DNA of 49,724 nucleotides, taken from Azolla caroliniana (Eukaryota > Plantae > Polypodiophyta). Both the position numbers and the translations under genes were made by a program. The stretch is from NCBI GenBank assembly GCA_043228905.1, contig JBHGNT010000223.1:1-49724 (forward strand). The letters run 5' to 3'. Each line of letters starts with the position of its first letter. Position 1 is the stretch's first letter. This document shows positions 10,491 through 24,241 of the stretch, piece by piece. A model generated the notes under the pieces. That model searched no databases. It saw only the letters and a list, made by a program, of their open reading frames with translations, and had not been told where the DNA came from.

Positions 10491-13423
10491 TTGTCCTAGA
10501 TATGTATAGCTTTAGATCAATTGTACTTATTGCCTAACTTGTATCAACAAGGGCACAATTGGCAAAGGTAGTACAAACTAATAGCGTTTTAGCATATTTG
10601 AAAATGCAAGTGATTTCAGGATTGTTTCTTGATATGTTTATAAGCTTAAAATAGTAGAAGAGGTGACATACAAAAGTGAGAATAACATATTGATGCACGT
10701 AAGTGCAAATGAAATTACTTACAAGTTATAAACTTACAACATGAAGTTTCAAATCTTTATATTTTGTACCACGGACATAAATTCAAGATATCAAAATTAC
10801 TTTAAAGTTGAATGCATCACAATCGTTGTCTAGGTTTTCCATAAACCTTTGAATATAATCATGAGACTTTCACTACACAATGTCATTTGTTGAATCACCT
10901 TCATAACTTTTAAGAATGATCAATAAGTAAAGCATTAACTTTTATTTCACTACCTACAAAATGTCCCTCCGAATTAAATCTACCCCTAGTACTTAATAAG
11001 TTAAAATGTGAAACTTAGTATCATCACTCAAAGTCAAGTACACGTGATAACCTATCTATTAGGTAGGCAAGCCAATGATTTCTCCTCCATTTTCTATTTT
11101 TGGCAATATAGTGAACCGATAATTTTAACCACAATCTTGTCTTCACAATGTGCATGACCGTTTGTTGTTTTTTTGCATTATTTGTTGTACCAAATTTCAC
11201 ATTGATATCATATGAAAAAAACGCTCCAACCTTGTGCTATCTTTTTCGACCAAAAACTTGTTTGTGATATTAACTTCATAACAACTTCATTCAATTTTTT
11301 GTATTTTGTTAGCGAAGCCTTTTGAATGATAAAGTTCTAACCATTTCATATATTAAATCCATTGGACCGTGAAATATGATCTTTAACCATTCAAGGATAA
11401 ACATAGTAGACAAACCATGATATGTGTATAGTCCTTTATTCTACTAGTCTTTCCTCATTGACCAATAAATAATATATATATATATATATATGGATGAGAT
11501 GCATTATGAAAATTACATATGATAATGCCATGAAAGTCATAAACTTTGAAATGATTATCAAAATTGCACTCAATGGAGTATCATTTAATTTATTGTTTGA
11601 TTGTTTAGAATGGATCACATGATGATTAGAAATAGTCACCACTTCAATCAGCTGATAGCCACAATTGTTAAAAACTGCTTATTTTATGTTTAGATTACGT
11701 TCTAGAATACTTAGAAGTATTCTATACGTATTGTGTGTTTTGGAATCATCTTTTTAGAATATTTCACGGCACACACATTCTAAGTATTCTACATATTTAA
11801 CATGAGTGTTTTGTATTATAATAAACCTCCTCACATGATGACAATCCGACTACGAACGTTGATTCCAATAAGCACGATGGCCGAGGATTTAACATTCCCA
11901 AAAATGTAAAATAATAATAATAATTTAAGTTTTAATAAGCGTTTACTTAGCATGTGTATTCTACCGTATTATATGCCAAATATTCTACAACTATCTGGAC
12001 AACCGTTTGTAAGAAACAATTTATCAATTTAAGAAACGTCCTCATGGCTATATTCATAATTCCCAAGCAAACCTGTAATGCATGTAGTTCCAAATGACGA
12101 TCACCGCTACCACAATCACTCCGCTAAACCATGTACTGAACATCTTCATATGTTAATACATTAACATTTGAGGCATGATTTTGGCTAGAGATATTTTTCC
12201 ATAAAAACTATACTCCATTGGTATTAAAATTAACAATGCCAAAGGCAATCTACAAATTGTACACAATAGTTTCCACTCCACAAGTAACTACCATAAAAAG
12301 GACTAAATATAAACGATGGCATTTGGCAAGATAAGGCTAGTATTTATATCCATGAAAACTCTCTCAGCCTTTGCCAACGAGACCTATTCTCAACATATAA
12401 ACAAATTCCTGTGGTAACAAATTCATACATATCTTTACATATCTTGGTGATAATCCTAGTCAAAATACCTTGGTTGTCCACCCTGGCTAGTAGTCTAAAA
12501 ACTCCATGTTTGCATTTGGTTCTATATATAATGAAGTTGTTCACCATCACCTGGTTGTTCACTAGGTGATGCTAGTTTACAAATGTTTGGTACACAGTAG
12601 TTGAAGACACAAAAGTAGTCCATGATGCACTTGACGCTTGGGGTAAAACGTGATGGGATGGCTGCCTTGGATAGCCCCCCCCCCCCCCCCCCCCCCATCT
12701 ATCATCTCCCATATCAAAACGACCATGTCCTTGATCTCCACGAAAATTGAAAATGTACTTGTAATTAATCTCCCTATAAAACAAGATTAACTATGGCTAG
12801 AGATATTTTCTTGGCATATACCCTCGAAGGCATATATTGCACCATGTTCTAGATAAGTATGACTCCCAAAATGTCTATACCATTTGTTGTACCATGTAGT
12901 ACTATTTGTGTATGTTGTCTTCTTCTAAGTGTGTGGAAGAATCACGATGATGACCCATGTAGTACTATTTGTGTAGGTTTGTCTTCTTCTTCTGAGTATG
13001 GGTGCGACAATCATGTAAAAACGTTATGACTTTGATCACAACTCATGAAACAAACTGCATGACATGTTGCTCAGAGTAACGACGGCTTTTCAACCTTGTG
13101 CTTGCGGCTATAAGACGGCCCCAGCACGAAAAGTGGAAGTAATCAAGCTCATGAATTCATATACCTCATTTAGGGATACAATAACGTTCTAGGCCGTTCA
13201 TTTCAAAAATCACGCGAATTTAGTATTTTACTAAATTCATATATTTCCACTAAACATTTCTTTATATGTGTATGTGTTATGTATTATGTGTTATGTGTTA
13301 TGTGGTATGTGGTATGTGGTATGTGGTATATGTATGTGGTATGTGTATAAAAGGAAGGATTTTGAAAGGGGGTTCCACTTTTGGGGGGCTTAAATAGGAA
13401 ACTGTACGATTCTAATTCATCGG

Positions 13424-13758
13424 CACGTGTTTTTTTCTCTTTGACCAATTAAAAACGTGACAATAAAATAGAGCAAACAAATAAATGATAAAACGAAAGG
13501 AAGAAAAAGCAAGATAGAAAGAAGAAGAGAGCAGTTCTCCAAGATGCATTAACTGACCATTATTATTATTTTTAATTTGATTTGCTAGTTAATCAGTACC
13601 TAATTTTAATACAGAGCACGTGATCGAACAGCGACGTGTCCAATCATCTTCTTCTGCTTCACCTTATTATTCTTAATTTATATTAATTAAATTGCTTTTT
13701 TTAGCTAACCAGCAGTAAGTTGTTTTATTCCAGACCACGTGATCGACAGCGACGTGTC
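13424..13758. promoter_or_regulatory. G-box/ABRE-like motif cluster, copy B
   Basis: CACGTG at 13424, 13617 and 13736; ACGTGTC at 13634 and 13752. The unit cacgtgatcga(a)cagcgacgtgtccaatc is locally duplicated. Confidence 0.35.
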
Positions 13759-14030
13759 CAATCATTTTCTTCTTCTTCTTCTTCTTCTTCTTCTTCTGCT
13801 TTTGTAATTCTCTCTGATTCTTGTTTTTCTTTTTTTAAATGTTTAAAAGGATTAAATGACTCAGACGTCGAAAGAACATTAAAAGAAGATATGTAATGTA
13901 GATGATGGGGAAGAAGTGTGGAAAAAGCAAAAAAGCAAAAAAGCAAAGAAAGAGAAAGCTCTAAATTTGGTAGGCATATGTACTTAACTTAGTTACCTTG
14001 TCTCCTCTGGATAAGCTTCTTCAGCTCAAA

Positions 14031-14220
14031 ATTGATCACTAAATGTATCCATCAATCCATTCCATTCCATTAGGTGTGTATGTTCATCATTCCATTCCAT
14101 TAGTGATAAATTTATCATAATCGATCACTAAATCTATCCATCAATCCATTCCATTAGTGTAAATTTATCATAATTGATCACTAAATCTATCCATCAATCC
14201 ATTCCATTCCATTAGGTGTG
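14031..14220. repeat. Three-copy local repeat (gatcactaaatctatccatcaatccattccatt)
   Basis: Copies start near 14034, 14123 and 14176. Confidence 0.8.
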
Positions 14221-16128
14221 TATGTACATATATGGCTCGTGGCCAATTCTTAATGGCATTTGGGGGGAGGGTGGTTATAACACATCTTGGAGAAGTTCCA
14301 TCTTGACTATGCCTACTTTTGTCTAATTCATAACTAAACCCACAATTTCAAGCTTATAATCGGATGAACAAAACACTCTCACCTGTTTCATGCACACGTG
14401 CTTTGTCACTACCAAATCCTGGCTTTCACCTAAGTCTTGAATCCCTAAGTCCATACAAGAATGTGTGTGTTGCACTTGATCAATCAATCAATCAATTGGG
14501 CAAAGTGGCGCCAATAACATATTAGCTATATAAGGCAGCATATACATGTACATGGTTGCTGTATTTCACCACTTTATCAAAATGTTTGTGAGAATTTGGT
14601 AATGTCGTCGTGTTCATCACTTCAATGTGTATCTATAGTGGTCACGCACACAATTATATCACACTAAATTTTTAGAACCCTTCAAACGTTTAAGCATTTG
14701 CACATAATGAGTTATATTAAATGCTTCATGGCCCATTGCTATACCTTCTAATACTCTTCCCCCTGATTCCTCATCCACATTATGGATTGCATATGTGGGA
14801 GACTTATCCATATCAGTGACCTTTAAATTTGATCAAAATGCATGACTTTCCTTTAAATCCCATCATCTAGCAATCATCGGCATCATCATCATTATCATGT
14901 TACAATCATCATCTAAAAGGAAGGAACTGTTGTCTTAAGGTTCCAACAAACATATGGCACACACCTAAAGACTTCTAGAAATCACCTCAAGCAAAAGAAA
15001 AAGTATTCCAGCATAATCAAAAGCAAAATCATAGAAAATGTTACCACTACCACTACCACTACATCAATAGCCTCTAAAGCCCATAAAACACCAAATACTC
15101 CACAATAATCAAAATTCCTTAAGAGTACATTATCTGCATTCATTTAGTCAAAAACTGACAATTCATTTCTATTAAAAATATGGTATGTGGATGTAGTTAC
15201 AGTCCATATATAGATGTAGGGGCCAAACCCTATGAACATCACTCACCAAATCTCCATCCCCATCAACATATTCTTTGGCTCATTCATCCTCTTCTTCGTT
15301 GCACACTCAACCATTATCTTCAACGTGATGGAATCTGCATCCCTTGTATCCATGCTCTTTCAAGTCACCTAGTGAACTTGTTTTCCAACATAATTGTGTC
15401 TTTCTGTCCAAATTGCATATTCTCTCCTGAAAGTTTAATGTGGGACTTAGATGATTGAACTTAGTAAATATAATATCATTTCTGAATAATATGTCTACTT
15501 CATCAATATTGACCTCCCTCATGGACTGAGTATTGATCTCTAGTTTTTAGCATCTTCCATCCCAATCATCTGGTCTCCCAAATTATTGGTGTGGTACCAA
15601 TGCACTAATTTGTGTGGTTAAACCAAACACTCTGCATACTGTTCCGTGTTCCTAATCCAGGAGGCAGTTAACATCTTTGCAATCCAAAACAGACAGCATA
15701 AGTCATCATTAGATACGAAAGCAGCGACCATTGATCCAACTCCAAATTTCTCCACCACAACAGCCTCCCTATATCCCTTCAATCCTAGTTTTCTGTGTTG
15801 TGTTGAGGCATCTCGGGTATTGTGAATATATTCCAATGCTGATGGTTTGTCATATCAATATGTTAACAAGCACCTGGAATGCATCATCCCCTCAAAATGT
15901 GGTTTCATTGGCCTTTGGCAAATGATTTGCTCCACCATGAAACATCATCTCCGCCATTGTATTTCTCAAAACATCATCATTTGTCACTTTTTGTTTGTTT
16001 TATTGATTGACATCATCCACTATTGATAAACTAAAAGAATCTAAAAAACCAGTTGCTTTATTCTTGAGAGGTTGTATTGCAGCAAATGTTTTGGCAATAG
16101 AATAAGGGTTCTCACATACATACGTACA

Positions 16129-16164
<36 letters not shown>

Positions 16165-16519
16165 TATACATATATATGTATGTATGTATATAATAAGGGT
16201 TGACACTCATTGAATGTTTCCCATTCTGTTTTGGCACTAAACTGTTTTCTCTAACATCGGTTGGAATAAAGTACTTCATGGAATAAGTGAAAAGAACAAG
16301 AAAAATTGAAAACGAAAACATAGGCATGAAAAGGTGCACCCCAATTAATAGGGTGCAACATTCCAATACACCTACCTATAATCACCACCATACTACGTCT
16401 ACATCCTAATAAAGTGTTCTGTGATCGAAGAAAAGATTTGCTAGAAGACAAACTTTCTACAAAAGGTTTATCGTTCTGTCTCTGTCTCTCTTTGACTATA
16501 ATATCTTTCATTACAATAT

Positions 16520-17700
16520 AGAGAAAACACCATCATGACTAACTTACCACAAAGTAAGAACTCTAGGGATCTATCTAACTACTACTACGACTGACTGACT
16601 GACGACGAGGAACTCAATCCCACCCCCTACACACCAATCCAGATGTCAAATACGATGGATGACATGTGACCTTGCAGAGCGGGCTCTCTTCATAATTTGA
16701 GATTCCATGTTAACTTCTCAAACATTGTCGATTGCCACAAAAGAGAAAACACCACCATTACTTACTTATCACAGTATGGAACTCTAGGGATCTAACTACT
16801 ATTACTACAATGATGATGATGATGATGACAAACTCAAATCCCACCCTTCACACCAATTCAAATGTCAAATATGACATGTGACCTTGCAGAGTAAGCTCTC
16901 TTCATGACTTGAGATTCCGTGTAACTTCTCTAACACTGTCGATTGCCACAAAAGAAGTCCTTTTAAGTTTACAACATATTTTCTTGCCCCAAGCATTTTG
17001 CTTATTTCAACTGAACCATAGCCCCCAATACTTCAAGAACTCAAACAATAATTTGGAAATGAGGCAACACACCACTGTTGTTATGCCCCACCAATACGCA
17101 TCAGAGTTCAAACATGATCCCATGCCAACCACGTCATGGCACTTTTCCTTTCTCTCTTTCATAACAACATCCCCATTGAGTGTGTCACCATTTCAAGAGT
17201 TTTCTTCGACCATGGTAGTAAAGGAAGATATTAAGATACCATACAGACCATACTCTATTCAACCACCTTAAGCTATAGATAAAAAGGCCAGAATCCAATA
17301 CATAACTTTATCGTCTAACTTTTTACAGTCACTCAATAAGTTTCCCATGCAAACCTTCCACCTCTCCCTCTCTTTCTTACAAATTTTCTGCATGGTATCA
17401 AAGAGTTTTCAAGAGTGTGTCACCATTTCAGCAGTTTCTTCAACCATGGTAGTAAAGGAAGATAATAAGATACCAGAGAGACCATACTCTATTAGACCAC
17501 CTTAAGCTATAGATGAAAAGGCCGGAATTGAGACCTCCATTACATAATTTTATCGTGCAACTTTTTACATAGTCACTCAATAAGTTTCACTTGAGAAAAT
17601 TCCACTTCTATGTCTCTTTCGTACAAATTTTGTAGATGGTATCAATCCTATGAAGGAGCCCAACCCCTCCAAGAAGTTTTTCACGCTATCAATAACCAAA
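16520..17700 (-). mobile_element. Rearranged L1-type LINE 3' remnant (same family as 20790-22692)
   Basis: The 3' end is present twice (about 16520-16745 and 16747-17060). An internal deletion joins it to the RT C-terminal region, which is itself duplicated (about 17180-17400 and 17415-17645). Clear nucleotide similarity to 20796-21115 and 22133-22680. Confidence 0.65.
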
Positions 17701-19030
17701 CATGTTAATTGAAGTTGCGTTATTCGGGCATGTCAAATATTTGCGCAATAAGGAATATGGCTATGGATGCCATCCAAGAATCATCTTGCACTTATCACAT
17801 TGAAAATGATAAAAACTTTGTCCACCTTCAAACAAATATGGTAAAGGTGGATAACAGTAATCTATACCATATTTGTTTGAAGGTGGACAAAGTTTGCACA
17901 CTTTCTAATATTCAGATGCAATTTGCATCTTATACAGAGAAGCGGATGGGTTTATTTACTCCATTGGATGTTTTGATTGGAGTAAAAGCTTATATTGGGG
18001 AAGAAGTTTGTATAACCTTTGATGTACATGATGATAGTAGGTTAACTTTCACACATAAAAAAACTAATTTGTTTAGTTTTTTTTGCATAAAGAAGTGCTG
18101 GTGATTGCAAATGATGGATCAAATCTTAGATCCATATCCACAAAAAGTGATTCTTTGTGCAGGATTTGGATTATGGAAAGGAGACCAATATCTAGATTAA
18201 CTTGGGATCCTAGAGAACTATATTGGGAGGTGTGGGTTCAAGATTAGATAAAACATGTGCCTTTTTTTTAATATTCTGTGAAGATTGGTAGGAAAATATT
18301 AAGTGTTAGATATGGAAAGAACCAACTGCAAATGTCTAGAAACGAAATGGACTATCTCCACATCTCAAGCAATTTTGGAAATGGTTGTGGGGCATAAAAA
18401 TGAGAAAGAATAATGTTTGTTTATGTTGGTTGTTGGTTCATAGAGTTATACCAATTAATGATTGGTGAGAAGGGAATGTAGACAATATGTGCCGTTTCCG
18501 TGTGGATCTCGTTGAGACTGCTAAAAATTGTTTGTGGAGTAGAAATATGGAAATGAATCATAACACTATTAATACCAATATATTCTTGAATTGTGTATAC
18601 ATGGGGAGCAGTATTAGGGGTGGTAGTACAAGATACACCAATGGTATATGAACAAGAGGAGGTTGCAGATGCTATTGCTATGCGACAAGGTTTGATGCAA
18701 AAAACATTGATACCTTTGAATCCACAAAGAGAGACTACTAAACCTCAAATATGGCAATTGGTAAGTAGTATCACAATTCAGTATATTTGGAAGGCTCAGT
18801 GTTTGAAGGCATTTCAAAATGTGATTGAAAGACTTGCTCAAATAATTTTTGGCATTTGGACAAAGATTGTGCTCAGAGGTTCTTTGGATAATATAAAAGG
18901 TAATACGTAACAAGGGAACCTCACGAGATCTGGGACAAAGGGATATTTTATAGACGGATTTCTAATTAGGTAGAGTGGTTCTACTCTACACCGATGTATT
19001 TATTTAAGCCGACGGTTAGACCTTAGAAAA
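17700..19030 (+). mobile_element. Degenerate L1-type LINE ORF2 3' region (zf-RVT)
   Basis: Broken frames give WDPRELYW, CWLLVHRVIPINDW...C..VETAKNCLWS (zf-RVT-like) and IWQLVSSITIQYIWKAQC. Confidence 0.65.
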
Positions 19031-20731
19031 AAGAGTCTTATTATTGAAAAGTACATCTTGTATATATAGCCTTAGGGCAATTTCTTAATTCTAATGTAGT
19101 ATCTTTTTTTGGAAAAAAATGATGACGTTGAAATGTTCGTTACACATTGTAGGCTTTTGAGATATGATTCTTTGAGGCTTAGCTTCCCAACAAGCTTTGT
19201 CCAATCTAACCTCTTGTTAGCCGCCCAATCTTTATCATGGCAACCCGCTATGAGCATAAAATCCACATCCACTAACATAATTGAATAAATACTAGTATCT
19301 TCCATTTTACAAGATAACACATATCGTAACATTCAAAACTCATCTCACACCGCACTTCATATCAAGCATTCAAAACCCAATAAGAAGGTTTATAATAAAT
19401 GCAAATCAACTTATCAATCTATGAACTCCAAATTCTATTAAAAAAACTCTAAATCTAATTACTCAGGAGAACTTTTATCTTAAATCAAGGTCCTTAAGAT
19501 AGTTTGTAGAAATCTTCAAATCAATAGGCTTGAAATGAAAGATTGTTATATTTAATAATAAAGGGGATTTAGGATATATAAACAAGAGGACTCCGGTTCA
19601 CCTACGTCAATCCATGAGACCATTTCATCCACTCAAAAGCTATTCACCAAACATTTTCTACATAGACGCAATGAACCTTCAACATACAAAGAAGCTACGC
19701 CAACAACAAATTGCACCAACTAGCAATTAGCTAGTCAATTCCAATCCCACCAAATTGGGATGGGGGACTCATCTTCAGGCCCCATCCCGATGTGCGTGCT
19801 TGCGTGCCTACTTGGGCCACCATGCACCTATTCTTTCTTTATCATCTTTATTGTCTTATGATAGACAAATAGATCTTTTTATCTAACTTTGCCCAATGAT
19901 GGGGGTTAAGTAGGCAACTCGAATTCAACTTCCCTTTACTGAAAATGAAGGGGAGTTCGCATATTTTCAAATATTTGACGTGTTGACCTTCATGCACACA
20001 CTAGAATGTAGTTATTGGCACTTATCTTCAAATATGTTATTGGCACACAAGACTTGGGAATCAGATTTGGTGTGACAATCCCTCGACTCGAAACAACCAA
20101 CTTAGTCCAATGTATAGATTCGGTCTACGCAAGATGCTTGGACATTCAAAAATAAATCTAGGGCTATTTCTTCCAATAAGTGAGTGGACCAACCTCAAGG
20201 AGATCCAAACTTCCAGAGTGCATTATGACCACAATATTGAATTAGAATAGGTAGTTAAGTCCAACACTGTTAAAGAAACATTATGACTCAATCGACTAGT
20301 TGGCACATTTCAACAATTCATCTGGAACTCTACGACCTCATATAGTGATAGCCAAGTTGTTATGTCTTCAATAAAGAATCTATTCCATTATTCACCATCA
20401 AAACATATCATTGACAAGATTTTGTCACTAAACAATATATCTAATGCCATAACCAACATCATTCCATCATATCAATTCTAATAATTGGGTACACAAATGG
20501 GCTTGAAGTTTATTCCAAGTCTAACAAAATGTATTGGTTTGATTGTATATAACCATTATGAGGCAATGTTAAATTTTTGTTTGTTTGTTTGTGTGTGTGT
20601 GTGTTAATGAACATACATATTTATGTAAATAGACAAAAGGGTTAAATTAATCTGAATGCATATTTGATACAAATACTTGTAAAAGTTCGAGTTTGAAATA
20701 GAGGGGAAATAATTTTGTATGACTAGAATAG

Positions 20732-20763
<32 letters not shown>

Positions 20764-20789
20764 CACATAAATAATGGCTTTCATTACGA

Positions 20790-22692
20790 AAGCAAAAAAC
20801 ACCACCATGACTATCTTACTACAAAATATAGAACCCTTATAGGGAGCTAAATACTACTACAACTACAAACTCAATGTCACCCCACACACAAATTCGAATG
20901 GGGAGTATGAAAATGTGACCTTGCATAGCTCTCTCTCTTCATGGTTGAGATTTCGTGACTTCTCTAGCACTGTCAATTGCCACAAAAGAAGTCCATTTAA
21001 CTTTACAACATATTTTCTCACCCCAACTTACAAATCAAAAGTGAAGGCATTCTGCATATTCCAATTGAACCATAACCCCCAATACTTGAAGAACTCAAAA
21101 ATAATTTGGAAATGTGGCATGGGCTCTTTGTTCTCCATATGTTCAAATTTAACCTAACTGACGGAAGATAAGCTTACTCCAGTGAAAGACATCCACACTA
21201 AATTGATACGCCTCCAAACCATCCTTGCCATTGGGCATAAAAGAAATCGATGCCTACTATGTTCCAATTCCACCGAACAAAAGAAACACAATCCTTTAGT
21301 AATGTTTCTTTTTTTTTAATGCATCCCCCAAAGCTAAAGCTCCACCCATAAATCTCCAAATAAATACCTTCATTCGTAGCATCAATCGAGAACACCAACC
21401 TGCCTTTATCACATGAGACCACCAAGTAATGGGCTTACGAAAACCATATTTTAATAACCCTTTCTTCAAACCACTTACGTTTGTCAATCAACTTGTGATA
21501 AGCAACGTCGGTTGAGATCATAATCAATCTCTTATTTTCAACAAACCTCCAATCAAGCTCTGGAGATCCCCCATCTAAATCTAGAATTGGCTTATATGAA
21601 GACAATATTTCTTGCATCTTATCCCAATAAAGGTATAACCTTTTGGAATACGAAATGTTGATCTTGTTGTTCGAAAGGCCATTAATATTCTTTGTGACAC
21701 CAGCATAGGATCCTTGATTGTTACCAAATCCAATCTAGCCATCCGATTAAATTGAAGGTTAAAAATTTGTTTACCTTCCCACCTCACAACCTTGATGTCG
21801 TCAAAACCTCCATTTGTAATGATTTGGCACATCCCCTTTCTTGTGGAGGATACCATTCCACAAAATCCAACATACTTTGCCAATATGTCAACAAATGATT
21901 AACTATCAGAGACCTTGCACATGTGACATCCCTTTCAGAATTAATTACATTCCAGCAATTAGCTTCAACCTTCATGTTTCCAAGCTTAATTCCATTCTTC
22001 TCTATAAAGTATGCCACCATTTCTGTCCAAAGTTGTACACCTTCGAACAAAACTCGAATAAAAGTAAATCAACAAGCCACCATATGCTCATATAGATTCA
22101 ATATTGATGCCCCACCAAGACACTTTAAAGTACAAACATGATCCCATGCCAACCACGACACAACACTTTTCCCTTTTCTTTTTCATAACATTCGCATTGA
22201 GTGTAACACCGTTTCAAGAGCTTTCTTCGACCATGGTAGCAAAAGAAGATAATAAGATACCATCGAGAGCATAATCGATTGGACCACCTTAAGTCGTACA
22301 TGAAAAGGAAAGAATTGAGACCTCCAAACATAGTATGAAACATACGTACCATTCGTGAATTTGCATTCGCGAACATTCTTATCATTCAAGTATGAAAAAC
22401 ACCCTCGAAGTATGGTAAATACCATACTTTTGCACTCATTATTTATTATAAGGCAAATTTCTTTTTAAGGTAAGAAAGTTAAGGTAAGTTAAGGTAAAAC
22501 GTGTAATAAAAGAATACAAGAATGTTTGAATAACATACGGATTCGTTTGCTAACGTATGAAAACGAATGTTTGGGTTAACGAACGTGAATATTACGTACT
22601 ATGCCTCCAACACATAAACTTATCCTCCAACCTTTTGGATACCCACTCAATAAGTTTTACATGAGAAACTTCCAACCCAATTGGATATCCAC
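20790..22692 (-). mobile_element. L1-type LINE remnant (end of RT, zf-RVT, 3' end), 5'-truncated
   Basis: Minus-strand translation gives GYPIGLEVSHVKLIEWVSKRLEDKFMCWR|SQFFPFHVRLKVVQSIMLSMVSYYL..PW, FIWRFMGGALALGDAL..GLCFFCSVELEHSRHRF..CPMARMVW, and FEFFKYWGLWFNWNMQNA. Interrupted by the MITE at 22329-22603. Confidence 0.8.
22329..22603. mobile_element. hAT-type MITE, 275 bp
   Basis: Termini CATAGTAT...GTACTATG with an 8-bp TSD cctccaaa/cctccaac (one mismatch). Removing it restores the LINE frame. Confidence 0.8.
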
Positions 22693-22725
22693 GGAAATGA
22701 CAAATCATACCGCGATGTACTGTCC

Positions 22726-22950
22726 TTCCTGACCACCCCAACTCTAACACACCTTATATTGTACATGAAATGAGGACAAGTTTATGCATATTAATTCTTC
22801 CTTCCTAACCACCCCAACTCTAACACGCCTTATATTGTACATGAAATGAGGACAAGTTTATGCATATTAATTCCTCCTTCCTAACCACCCCAACTCTAAC
22901 ACACCTTATATTGTACATGAAATGAGGACAAGTTTATGCATATTAATTCT
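22726..22950. repeat. Three 76-bp tandem repeats, probably the 3' tail of the adjacent RTE/RTEX-like LINE
   Basis: tgaggacaagtttatgcatattaattc at 22771, 22847 and 22923. Confidence 0.9.
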
Positions 22951-23570
22951 CTGTGCTTCATAAACCCAAAGTACAAAAGTTATCTTGATGTGTGCCTCTT
23001 CCGAAGAAGGGATATTCATTATTTGAAGCACCAAGTTTTAGTGTGCGAATAAGGCATACACTTATGAGCTCAACATTCTAGGTGTTCTCTTTAGTACAAT
23101 ACTCAAGTCGTCACCCCCTCTTAATAAATCATCATAGCTTTCACCAATTGCACTATATGCAAAGCATGTAAAGAGCAAGCGGTATCCATCCTCCACTAGC
23201 TCTTCCTTGCATACCTTACATGTCTTTATATTTGGTTGATTTGATTCCATAATGCAACTTCAATACCTAGGTTGTGTGATTGACTACGACGAACTATTAG
23301 GGCTCTACGAGAGTTAATACTCATGTTAGTAATGAGGTAAGGTTGAATATGAACAATCGGCCTTCTTGCCTTATATAGAACCCACCATTCAGGATTGATG
23401 TTTGCAATATAATATTCTAATTTTGTCCTTTTAGCATCTTCCCACTTCTTCCTTAGTGGATCCATTAACTCTCCTCAATAAGTACATATTTCATAGCACC
23501 ACATGAAAGCTCTAGGAGATCTTCCAGATCCCATCTTTTGAACCATTTCTTAATGTCAACTACCCAACTG
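22950..23570 (-). mobile_element. RTE/RTEX-like LINE C-terminal remnant
   Basis: ORFs 23226-23465 and 23062-23250 give KLEYY...QPYL...RSQSHNLGIEVALW...TCKVCKEELVEDGYRLLFTCFAYSAI. This matches the R..SH.L.IE..W / C..C...VED..H..F.C..Y C-terminal signature of RTEX-type LINEs. Confidence 0.7.
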
Positions 23571-24241
23571 GTTTGCATGAAGTTAAGAATCTAGATGAAT
23601 TGGAAACTAATTGAAGAAGGAAAAAAGGCAATAGAAAGGCAACAAAAGACAACTGCAATGGTAAGGGTATAATTGTGTAATGGAGAAGCGAAGGGTTGAC
23701 AATCATTAGAGTAACTTGGAAGAAAAGAATGAACATATAGCACCCATGCATCTCTCATGCATCTCTCTTAGTTTAGGACCATGTGGTCACACTCATGACA
23801 ATCTCAAGATGCACGTGGTACATTTTGGATTGAGTGATTCCATTGTAGCAATGATGCACAAAATATGACAAGATATGGTCATGTCAAGGGCAAAGTATGA
23901 GGGTGAAGTAAAGATCCACACTAATAATGAAAATGTAGGCCTAGACTTCTCATGTCAAACACACACTTGACATTTAACAAGATATTTGTGTATGACGTTT
24001 CAAGAGGAAGAGTATGATGGGGATTAGCTCAAGCTTGTTTATGTACACCTAATTAATGTTTAGGTACATATAATACCTTATGCATGGTGTTGTGTATCAT
24101 ACGTTAAAATTACCTTGCTATATTGCTCGTTTTCTCGTTTCATATATTACTTGATGTAATGGTGTATAAAACATGTATAGTATGTAAATACAAGAAAAAC
24201 TCAACATATTATAAAATTAACAAAGATCCCAGAATGTTTAC

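Larger units (their letters stand above)
7200..14720 (+). repeat. Segmental tandem duplication, copy B (expanded by insertions at about 10700-13250)
   Basis: Colinear with 1500-6560. It keeps both GTACGG sites (7562, 7589) but has lost the G-box. No coding exon follows it. Confidence 0.75.

Noticed and set aside
11703-11791. Hairpin tagaatacttagaa...ttctaagtattcta as a miRNA precursor
   Set aside because: It is an AT-rich imperfect foldback, more like a MITE relic, with no recognisable miRNA or TSD.
12250-12790. Minus-strand ORFs 12344-12562 and 12572-12784 as a host gene
   Set aside because: The frames are broken with no splice structure. A LINE remnant is possible but too degraded to call.
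19670-19700. NEPSTYKEA Copia-like peptide
   Set aside because: It is only nine residues with no supporting flanking domains.
22726-22950. 76-bp repeats as tRNA or CRISPR units
   Set aside because: There is no cloverleaf or A/B box and no spacers; they are head-to-tail copies at a LINE 3' end.
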